Shown piece by piece: positions 20,051 through 28,600 of a DNA stretch of 64,000 nt (the stretch's first letter is position 1; the number at the start of each line of letters is the position of its first letter). Where the stretch lies: contig CAVZQC010000004.1 in NCBI GenBank assembly GCA_963777315.1, positions 448,001-512,000 of the forward strand, read 5' to 3'. The translations under genes were made by a program, and so were the position numbers. This DNA comes from Vulcanimicrobiota bacterium. Its GTDB lineage: Bacteria; Vulcanimicrobiota; Vulcanimicrobiia; Vulcanimicrobiales; Vulcanimicrobiaceae. Under the pieces are notes generated by a model. The model had not been told where the DNA came from. It searched no databases and saw nothing but the letters and a program-made list of their open reading frames with translations.

Positions 20051-21277
20051 GGACAGTGCCAATGCCGGCACCGTCACCAGAAGGCCGATGCGCAAAAATT
20101 GCCGCGGCGTCACTTCGACGCCGTCGCGGCGCAGCAGCAGCAGCCAGAGCAGCGTCGCCAGGGATCCGGTGACCGAAAGATTGGGGCCGAGATCCACGCC
20201 GATCAGCGCGGCATTCGCGATATGCGAACCGACCTGATGGTCGTGCAATGCATACCGCACCAAAACGCCCGTCGGCAAATTGTTCAGCACGTTGTCCGCG
20301 ATCGCCACCACCGACCCGGTCAGCAGCGACCCGGCCAATTGCGGCAAACCGTTTGCCTGATGAAAGAACGCGCGCGCGTACTCGAGCACGCCCGTGCGAT
20401 CGAGTCCTTGAACGATGACGAAGAGTCCGGCTACGAGCGGAACGATCGACCACGGGCCCTGTCTCGCTATCGCTGCAGGCGTGGTTGAGTCGCGCATCGT
20501 GACCGCGAGCATGCTGAGCGCAGCCAAAACGAACGTGACGCGTCCCACCGGCCAGCCGAATGCCGTAGCTGCGACGATCAGAACCGCCGAAGCGGAAACC
20601 ACGCACAGCGCCGTTTTTCCGGCTTGCGTCAACGGGAACGGGCTGGATTGTGGGTTACACCGGCCGCCCAGTTCTCGCCGGTACGCGTAGCGCAAGAGCA
20701 GAAAAGTTGAGCCGACTGCAGCTGTCGACGGCAGCCAAAACGCGCCCAGCCAAGGCAGCAAGGTCGGAAGCCGGCGAAACACGACCAAGTTGGCCGGATT
20801 ACTTATGGGCAAGATGAAGCTGGCCGCGTTCGCGACGAACGCGCAGGCATACAGGAACGGCAATGGTGCAACGCCGGCGCACCTGGAGAGCGCCAGCACC
20901 GCCGGCGTGAGAAGAAGAATCGTCCCGTCGTTGGAAAGCAGCGCGGTCACGGCGATTCCGCCGGCATACACCCATGCGAACAGGCGAGCGCTGGAACCCG
21001 CGGCACTGCGCAAAAGAACCTGCGCGGCCCGATCGAAAACGCCGTGGATGCGCGCAAGCTCGGCCAGAGTGAGCATGCCGGCAAGAAACAGATAGACGTC
21101 CAGACCGTCGAGCGCGGCGTTGGCGGCATCCGTGCCGCCGAGCAGGCCGCTCGCGACCAAAACCGCCGCGCCGGCCGTGGCCCAGACCCATTCGCCAATG
21201 CGCCAAGGACGCAACAAAATCGCCGCGATGGTCGCGGCGCTGATGGTCCAGACGGCAATGGCGGCGCCGGCGGTCAT
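20033..21277 (-). CDS. ArsB/NhaD-type membrane transporter
   Basis: [48 protein letters not shown]. Confidence 0.88.
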   Translation of the reverse strand: MTAGAAIAVWTISAATIAAILLRPWRIGEWVWATAGAAVLVASGLLGGTDAANAALDGLDVYLFLAGMLTLAELARIHGVFDRAAQVLLRSAAGSSARLFAWVYAGGIAVTALLSNDGTILLLTPAVLALSRCAGVAPLPFLYACAFVANAASFILPISNPANLVVFRRLPTLLPWLGAFWLPSTAAVGSTFLLLRYAYRRELGGRCNPQSSPFPLTQAGKTALCVVSASAVLIVAATAFGWPVGRVTFVLAALSMLAVTMRDSTTPAAIARQGPWSIVPLVAGLFVIVQGLDRTGVLEYARAFFHQANGLPQLAGSLLTGSVVAIADNVLNNLPTGVLVRYALHDHQVGSHIANAALIGVDLGPNLSVTGSLATLLWLLLLRRDGVEVTPRQFLRIGLLVTVPALALSLVCLR

Positions 21278-21410
21278 GTGCCGCAGCAGTTTTGCCCGTT
21301 CCATCGAGCACCTTCAGAGCCGGCGGCCTGCTAGCGGCCGCCTTGCCCTAATCCGGCCGGATGCTGCACGCGCTGCGAGTGCCGACCGGCTGCACCGAAG
21401 GCGTTAAGCG

Positions 21411-21911
21411 TCAGTGCAGAACTGTGACCGACGGTTCGCCCGTCGGCTGATTGTTTGTCGACATCGGATCGTAGAGCAGCCAAATCTTCCCGTACGTGTC
21501 CAGAATCGAAGCGGTGACTTTTTTCGCATCATCCGCAGACAGGTCGGGCATCGTCGCGTTCACCTTCGGAATTTCGTCTCTGTGGTAATGCCATAAAGAC
21601 TGTTCGCTTGCAGGGAACGATTTATACGTTGCGGGACTGACGATGGTTTCCACTCCGATCAGCGTCGCGTTCGGCGCATCGCTGCTGTACAGCTGGCATT
21701 CCGTCAATCCGTTTTCCACGGGTTTGCACCAATGGTGCGCGATCTCGGTCGGATGCTGATCGCCGAAATGTTTCTCTGCGTCGATGTGCAGCGTCCAGCC
21801 CTGCGTCGGCTGCGGGCCGGTTGCGGCCCCTGCAGGCGGCAGCGAACGCGCGACCAGCGCTCCAGCAATAAAGGCCGCGCATAGCGCGATCGCACTCAGG
21901 ACGGTTTTCAT
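21411..21911 (-). CDS. Secreted DUF1264 (OBAP-like) protein
   Basis: Signal peptide; AHHWC...ECQLY...LIGVETIVS...LWHYH...TYGKIW. Confidence 0.8.
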   Translation of the reverse strand: MKTVLSAIALCAAFIAGALVARSLPPAGAATGPQPTQGWTLHIDAEKHFGDQHPTEIAHHWCKPVENGLTECQLYSSDAPNATLIGVETIVSPATYKSFPASEQSLWHYHRDEIPKVNATMPDLSADDAKKVTASILDTYGKIWLLYDPMSTNNQPTGEPSVTVLH

Positions 21912-21993
21912 TGCAAGGTACCTCCATAATATTAACCTACGTCATCATTATGCGCCGAGCCTCTAAGGGTCAGGCAGGAGTCCGGGCCGCCAG

Positions 21994-22027
21994 CGAAGTA
22001 GATGAAACTATTATTCTGTCTACTTCG
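21994..22027. other. Putative dif-like tyrosine-recombinase site
   Basis: CGAAGTAGATGAAACTATTATTCTGTCTACTTCG: perfect 9 bp outer inverted repeat; core 21997..22024 parses as 11-6-11; directly upstream of a xer gene. Confidence 0.65.
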
Positions 22028-22074
22028 ACGCGGAACGAGGAGGGCGGCCGATATGCGGATCCAGCGGTGCGAAC

Positions 22075-23031
22075 ATGGGCCTGGATAAGCGGCGCGGCCC
22101 GGCGCTGGCCGATCCCCTGATCAGCGCGCACGGCGCGTTCGTTTTGCTCGAGCGTGGCCGAGGCGCGCTGACCGTGGAGGCCTACGCGCGCGATTTACAG
22201 CTGTTCGGAGCGTTTCTTGCCGGGCTGCCGCGCGATCAAAGCCCCTCCGGGCACGAATATCCGCAGCTGCGCACCGCGACGGCTTCGAACATCCGGCAGT
22301 TCGTCATCGAATTGGCGGGACCGCGCAAGTACAGCGCCGTGTCGATTCGGCGCAAACTCGCTTCGATCAAATCGTTTTACAAGTTTCTCAAGAGCGAAGG
22401 TTTGCGGGAGGACGATCCGGCCGTCCACATACCCGGGCCCAAGGTCCAGGAAAAGCTTCCCCGGTACCTCGAGCAGCCGGAGGTTTCCAAAGTTTTGGGC
22501 GTGCGCGTCGCCGGGCGGTCAGCCGAGCTTCAGGCTCGCGACCTTGCGATCATGGAGCTGCTCTATGCCAGCGGCATTCGGCGGGCCGAAGTCGCGGGCA
22601 TCGACATCGGCGACGTCAACTTAGAGCGGCGCACGATACGCGTGATGGGAAAAGGCAAACGCGAGCGCATCGTCATCATCAATCACGCCGCCGCGGACGC
22701 AATTGCCGCGTATCTGCGCTGCCGCCCGCAAAGCAGTGAGGACGCGCTGTTCTTGGGACGAAGCAAACGGCGGCTGTCCCCCCAGCAGGTGTGGAAGATC
22801 TTCCGCCTCTTCTACGATCTCAGCGGAATCGACAAAAAGGCCAGCACGCACACGATGCGGCATTCCTTTGCCACCCATTTGCTGGAAAACGGCGTGGACT
22901 TGGTCACCATCAAGGAACTTTTGGGGCATAAAAGTTTGGCAACGACGCAAATCTATACCAACGTTTCGATCGAGTTCAAAAAACGCGCCTACGACGAAGC
23001 GCATCCGCGCGACCGTGAAAAGCACCGCTGA
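22075..23031 (+). CDS. XerC/XerD-family tyrosine recombinase
   Basis: TVEAYARDL SAM-like domain; LLYASGIRRAE (R), GKGKRER (K), HTMRHSFATHLL (HxxR), LLGH...TTQIY (H, Y). Confidence 0.93.
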   Translation: MGLDKRRGPALADPLISAHGAFVLLERGRGALTVEAYARDLQLFGAFLAGLPRDQSPSGHEYPQLRTATASNIRQFVIELAGPRKYSAVSIRRKLASIKSFYKFLKSEGLREDDPAVHIPGPKVQEKLPRYLEQPEVSKVLGVRVAGRSAELQARDLAIMELLYASGIRRAEVAGIDIGDVNLERRTIRVMGKGKRERIVIINHAAADAIAAYLRCRPQSSEDALFLGRSKRRLSPQQVWKIFRLFYDLSGIDKKASTHTMRHSFATHLLENGVDLVTIKELLGHKSLATTQIYTNVSIEFKKRAYDEAHPRDREKHR

Positions 23032-23034
23032 CGC

Positions 23035-23748
23035 GTGAAGGCCCGCGTTCTTTTTCCCCTTCTGCTGAGCGCGTCGCTCGCCGGATGCGGGGCTTCGAGC
23101 GCCACGCTCACGCGGAGCGGCCTGTTCGCACCGGGGGGAACGATCTCCGTACGCAACCTGCGCGGCGACATCGATGCGTATGCGCCGGCACGCGGCGCAC
23201 CGCAGAGCGCGTATCTGGTGTCGGCATACGAACCCGCAAACGCTCGCACCGCGACGATAACGGTGCGTCCGCTGTTGATCTCGGCACAAGCCCATGGACC
23301 GGGGGTGCGTTTTTTGGTGCGCGGGCCGGCCGGCACGGCTTTGGACCTTTCTACGCGGCAAGGCGACATCTCCGTGGCGGATTTCGACGGTATCGTCAAT
23401 GCGCATACCGGCAGCGGAAACATCAAAATGCTGATCCCGCAGTACGGCAATGCGTCGATAGGGTCCGGCGACATGAGCATCATCTTTGCGAGCACGGACT
23501 GGCCGGGTGTGCTGCACTTTACCGCGCGCCGAGGCGACGTCGAAATCTACGTCAACGAGAACGCAAAAGCACGCGTGCATCTGCATACGAACGACGGCAC
23601 GGTCTTTAGCGACTTCAATCTACGCGGAGCCTCACACGGCGTCAGCGAAACGATCGACGGCGCGATCAACGGCGGAGGCCCACGTGAGGTCGACGTGGAG
23701 GTCGTGACAGGCTCTATCCGTTTGATGCAGCTTAAGCCGCAGATCTAG
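23035..23748 (+). CDS. DUF4097-like beta-strand-repeat lipoprotein
   Basis: Lipobox LAGC; repeated GDI/GNI/GDV/GSI units. Confidence 0.75.
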   Translation: MKARVLFPLLLSASLAGCGASSATLTRSGLFAPGGTISVRNLRGDIDAYAPARGAPQSAYLVSAYEPANARTATITVRPLLISAQAHGPGVRFLVRGPAGTALDLSTRQGDISVADFDGIVNAHTGSGNIKMLIPQYGNASIGSGDMSIIFASTDWPGVLHFTARRGDVEIYVNENAKARVHLHTNDGTVFSDFNLRGASHGVSETIDGAINGGGPREVDVEVVTGSIRLMQLKPQI

Positions 23749-23771
23749 CCGGACTCGAGTCGGCCGGTGGC

Positions 23772-23800
23772 TTGTCCTCAGTTTCATTTGAGACTATACT
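23772..23800 (+). promoter_or_regulatory. Sigma70-type promoter of the TA operon
   Basis: TTGTCC-17 bp-TATACT ending 9 nt before the ATG at 23810. Confidence 0.7.
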
Positions 23801-23809
23801 AATTCTCGT

Positions 23810-24244
23810 ATGATACAAGCCGCCGAGATTTTGCACGTTCTGGGGCAGCGGTCGCCGTCCCGACCTTCAGCAGCCGAGCAAACCGCCCGGAGCCTGGTCC
23901 GCAAAGGTCTCCCCGCTTCGGTCATCGATGCTTTGGCCGGCCATTTCGGTGCCAACGTCGAGGACGTTTTGCACGCGGTCGGCCTTTCAAAGGCAACCGG
24001 TGCGCGTAAACGCGCAAGCACCGGGTTGCTGCGTCCCGCTTCTTCGGACCGGGCGTTCCGCATGGCGGCCGTTCTCGTGCTTGCACGCCATGTTTTGGAA
24101 GACGATGAAACGGCGCAACAGTGGTTCCGCGAACCGAATCGCGCCTTGCAGGGTGAACGGCCGCTCGATCTGCTTGATACCGAGATCGGAACGCAGCAGG
24201 TCGTTCGCGTTTTGAACCGCCTCGAAGGCGGCGTCTATTCTTGA
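23810..24244 (+). CDS. Xre/MbcA/ParS-type antitoxin
   Basis: VRKGLP, SDRAFR, WFREPNRALQGERPLDLLDTEIG...LEGGVYS. Confidence 0.92.
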   Translation: MIQAAEILHVLGQRSPSRPSAAEQTARSLVRKGLPASVIDALAGHFGANVEDVLHAVGLSKATGARKRASTGLLRPASSDRAFRMAAVLVLARHVLEDDETAQQWFREPNRALQGERPLDLLDTEIGTQQVVRVLNRLEGGVYS

Positions 24245-24780
24245 GGGCATGGCGTCTGTGCAAGCGTCGATACAGCGCTCGGGACAGCGTTCTAAGTGGA
24301 GAAGGCTCGCAAGACGTCGGAGGCCGCTGGAATAGGCCCGGCCTTCCGATGGTCTATGCTTCGGAAAATTCCTCACTGGCATTGCTGGAGACGCTGGTCC
24401 ATACCTCGATAGCCGGCTTGCCGAAATCGCTGGTTGCGGTTGAGATTCACGTTCCCGACGACGTTGACGCTACAACGCTGTTGGAAGGTTCGCTTCCCGC
24501 GACGTGGCGGGAATTAGACGATCGCCAATGCGTCGCGCTCGGCTCGGCGTGGATAGAAGCCAATGCCGATCTGGTGCTGCAAGTGCCGTCAGGCGTGAAC
24601 CCGCTCGAACGCAACGTCCTGCTGAATCCGCTTCACGCAGACATCGCACGCTGCACGATCGGGGCGGTCGTTCCCATAGTATATGACCCGCGGTTGCTGG
24701 CTCTGTTCCGAACGCCGCGGCCGGCCACTTCGGTCTCCCAAAAGCTCAAGCGGTCGCGGGCGCAACCAGTACGGCGCTAG
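24241..24780 (+). CDS. RES-domain toxin
   Basis: GGRWN (R), LALLETLVH (E), VPS (S), NVLLNPLH; 4 nt overlap with antitoxin. Confidence 0.92.
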   Translation: MRAWRLCKRRYSARDSVLSGEGSQDVGGRWNRPGLPMVYASENSSLALLETLVHTSIAGLPKSLVAVEIHVPDDVDATTLLEGSLPATWRELDDRQCVALGSAWIEANADLVLQVPSGVNPLERNVLLNPLHADIARCTIGAVVPIVYDPRLLALFRTPRPATSVSQKLKRSRAQPVRR

Positions 24781-24788
24781 GCCGGGCC

Positions 24789-25685
24789 CTACGCTGCCCC
24801 GGTCGCCAAAACTAGCGCAATTACGCCAAGACAGCCGCTGCATGCAGCGATTGCGCGCCATGCGCCTATCAAAAAGCGGCTCTCACGCCAACTGCTTCGT
24901 GACACCCACAACCATCGCATGACGCCGGCGACTACCACTGCGTCCAGAACGATCATGCCTGCATCCAAACCCCGGCGTCCGCCCGCGTAGACGATGAGTA
25001 AGCACGCAAAACCCGCGAGCATGATGAGTTGCGAAACGATCGCGAATGGGTGCATTCCGCGAGGAAAAGCCACGACGTCGGTGCTGTTGCGTTCCACTGC
25101 TCCGAAAGATAGAACAGTCAATAGAACGACGGAAAGTCCGACAATGCCGCCTGCGTTGAAAATTACGGAGGGGCCGCTGATCTGCAGGCCGGTATGGATT
25201 CGACGATCGCCCCTGCCGAGGGTTTGCGCAACCCGCCATTCCGTAATGCCATGCTTGAGTTTCACTTTGACGAACTGTCCCGAGCGGTCCAGGTCGCGAA
25301 CCGGCCACGGCGATGCTTTTGCAACGGTTGTGCGCAGTTTAAGGAGCCTGCGTACGTCCGGCGATGTAATCGCAACATGCACGATGGTGATCCACGTGCC
25401 GGTCAGCGAGCCGTCTCCAAATTCGGCCGGAAGCACGTTGCTTGCGGGCTTCGCAGACAGTCCATCGCCGGCCAACCATGATTCTATCTTCGCTGCAGCA
25501 TACGATGCATGATTCCTCGAGACGCGTTGAGACGGTCCTTCAACGACGGCGGTTACGTCAAGGCGATATTTCGACGCGTCCAGTCCCGTTAGAACCAATC
25601 CGGCCCAAGCGAGCACGATGGCGACTGCGAGCACCGCGCCAATCGCGAGGCTTACGCGCACTGTGCGGTTCTGCGCTTCGCTCAT
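24789..25685 (-). CDS. Hypothetical membrane protein
   Basis: ATG immediately after the A2M stop; one N-terminal and four C-terminal hydrophobic segments. Confidence 0.6.
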   Translation of the reverse strand: MSEAQNRTVRVSLAIGAVLAVAIVLAWAGLVLTGLDASKYRLDVTAVVEGPSQRVSRNHASYAAAKIESWLAGDGLSAKPASNVLPAEFGDGSLTGTWITIVHVAITSPDVRRLLKLRTTVAKASPWPVRDLDRSGQFVKVKLKHGITEWRVAQTLGRGDRRIHTGLQISGPSVIFNAGGIVGLSVVLLTVLSFGAVERNSTDVVAFPRGMHPFAIVSQLIMLAGFACLLIVYAGGRRGLDAGMIVLDAVVVAGVMRWLWVSRSSWRESRFLIGAWRAIAACSGCLGVIALVLATGAA

Positions 25686-25687
25686 GG

Positions 25688-28600
25688 TTACAAATCTACG
25701 CGAACGCGCCGGTACGAGCTGCGTCCGAACTGCTCGGGGGCGTTCAAAAGATAGGCGTGTGTGCCCGGCCACAGATACTCGCCGGGCGTAACGGAGCGGG
25801 CCAAGTAATGAAACGCGTACGCCCCGGGGTCTAGGTGCTGCGCGAACGCGACGATCCGATCCCGGTAAATCTGCTGGTAATCGATCTGCCAATCGTCGGC
25901 GAGCGGCCGATAGTAGGCGGCGCTTGTGGCAAACGACGTGTCCAGAGCTTCGAAACCGGCCGGCAGCGGATCGTCGACGAGCACGCGGTCTACCGGGTGA
26001 TCCGTGATGACTTGCACTTCGACGTCGTACACGTTGCCTGCGGCAAATGCCAGCGGCTGCGCGTCGGCGGATAGGTCGATCGTCGCCAAGGGAGTGCTCG
26101 AATTCACCGCGCGAATCGTCCGCATGGCCCGCAGGCCCGAAAGTTGTCCCGGCGCGTCGGCCCCCAAAGCGTACGTGTAGGAGACGACGTAGTGCAGCGT
26201 GCCGCTGCCGGTTTTGCGCAGAACGACGGTATGCGATCCGGGCCGCAGATGCCGCAGTTCGATCGTGTGCGCAGGATCGGAAAACGCGGTAAAACGCGCG
26301 CTCCCCGCGTTCGAGCCGTCCAGGATCGCTTCAGCGGTAAAGTCAGGTGCCGCGCGCTGTGCGTTTGCGTAGTCGGCGATGGCCGCAAGCGCGGCTGCGG
26401 TATCGTCCAAGCCGCTCCAACCGCATTTGCACTGCTGAGCGACCAGCGCGCGCAGCGCACGGTCGGCGTCCTGCTGCGGTGCGCCGCGGTCGACCAGCAG
26501 CCGTACGTATGCAGCCTGAGCCTGCACCGGGGAACCGTACCACGAAGGCTGCTCTTGAACGTTGATGTACCGCCCGGTGACGGCAACTTCTCGCTCGAGG
26601 CTGCGCGCGAGCGAGTCGGCCTGAGCGCCCCATCCTGGCGTATGCTGCACGTACAGCGCTAGATCGATTCGTTCCGCAATGCCGAGATCGCCGCGGCCGG
26701 CAACGATGCTCTGCAGAAAATCGGTGCGGCGGTCACCCATCGACGCCAGAGCCTCCAGCATTGCCAGGCGCAGCGATGCCTTGCACGATGCAGCGGTGCA
26801 CCATTTTACGGCGCCGGCGGGATCGCTCAAGCCGCGCACCAGGTACGGTTTGGCTTTCGCCAGCGCCGCTTTCGGTACGGCAATACCCGAGCGTGCCGCC
26901 AGTGCAAGCGCGCGGACCGCGTACGCACTGGCAAACGCGTCCGAACTGTCCGCGTCGGGCCAAAAGCCGAAACCGCCGTCGATACGCTGCAGTGCCAGCA
27001 GACCTCGAACGGCATCGCTTGCCGCGCTCGAGGCGTCGATTCCGGTATGCGCTCCGAGCTTTGCCTGCAGCTCGCGCATTCGAACGGCAATGTTCAACCG
27101 GCTCGCCAGCGGCGTGAGCAATGCGGGGGTTTCCACAGCGAGTACGCGCTTGACGGGGGCGTCGATTTCGGGCAGCAGCGATCCGGCAAAATCGATGCGA
27201 ACGATGCCGTTATTCCCGACGACAACGGGTATCGTGTCCTGCGTTTGGGCAGCGCCTGCGTCCATGGTCGACTCGGACACGCCGGCACTTCGGATGTCCA
27301 GCGGCACCCGGAATGCGTCCGAAGCGCGGCCCGTAGTCGTGATGAACTGCATCGATGCCGGTCCCGCGGAACCGACGACCATGGGAAAACGCCATGGATT
27401 CAAACCCTGGCCGAATGTGCTTTGGGCTTGGGTCGTTCGAACGTCATTCGATGCGAACGTCAGCGAGCCCGAAAGCAAAGCTTGCGTTCGTGCGTCCACC
27501 GCGGTGCCGGTGGCGTTCATCAGCAGCAGACCGCCGTCGAAGCGGTCGCCCGGACGCGCGAATTGCGGCATCAGCGGATCCGTGACCAGCGGTTTGGTCG
27601 TTACGAACGTCGCATCGGCCTGGCCGAACCGTGGAATGGAATCGCCGGTTGCCGCGACCGCCATGACGCGCCAGGTCGTAAGATCGTCCGGAGTGGTGAA
27701 CGAAACGAAGGCTTCGCCGCGTTCGTCCGTCGTGACGCCGGCGTTGAAATACGCCAGCGGCATGAAGTGCGTTCGCACGCGGGTGCCCGCCGCTCCGGCA
27801 AGAAAACCGCCCCCGAATCCCCACCCCTTCTGCGTGGCGCTCGAAATCTGCGCCAGCGTCACGTCGGGCCGGTTGTCGGCCAATCGCGTAGCGATCGGCT
27901 GTGCGGCAAACACCGTTTGCAGCAAATCGGGCGGACGGTATCCGCTCAAACGAAGGATCGCATCGTTGACGACCATGACGGTAAGTTGAGAGCGAATCGC
28001 TCTTCCACGCCGGTCGACCACGCGCATGCGGATCGATTCACGCGCGTGCGGCTCAAGGCTCGCGCTCACCGGTTCCAGCCTCACACTGAGCGCACGGCTG
28101 CGCACGTCGAGCGTGAGCGGAACCAGTCCGATGCGCACGAGGCTGTCGACGTCGAGCGGGCTTCGCTGCGCCAGGGGCGCGCCGCGGCGAACCAGCACGC
28201 CCTCAACCGCCGCATTTGGAAACATCGACTGCTCGATGGGAATGCGAACGCGCGGAGCGCTGCCGTTGACGTGTACGAGGGTCTTGTACAGGACGCGGTC
28301 GCGCACGACGGACAGATAGAGATCGGCTTTGTCGTACGGGCAAGCCACTGCAACCGTCGCCATGTCGCCCACGCCGTACTGCTGTTTGTCGAGTTTCAAC
28401 TGCAGCTGCGAAGGGTTCTCCTGACCCCAGACCGCTGGGCCCGCACCGGTAATCCACACCTGCGTGTCGGTCGCCGTAGCTGCATTCGCGGCGTCGGCGA
28501 AGTTCGCGCGTATCCGGTAACTGCCCGAATCCGGGGCGACCAGCGACACGGGCCGCGGCTGCGATCCCGATTCGACGTCCGCCCGCGCTACGGTCACGTA

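Noticed and set aside
21929..21956. Second dif-like site (minus strand GGCGCATAA-TGATGA-CGTAGGTTAAT)
   Set aside because: One arm resembles the E. coli XerC arm but the other fits poorly; better explained as promoter sequence
22075..24780. Prophage, integron or ICE built on the tyrosine recombinase
   Set aside because: No phage or conjugation genes, no attC-like repeats seen, and the protein looks like a plain XerC/D
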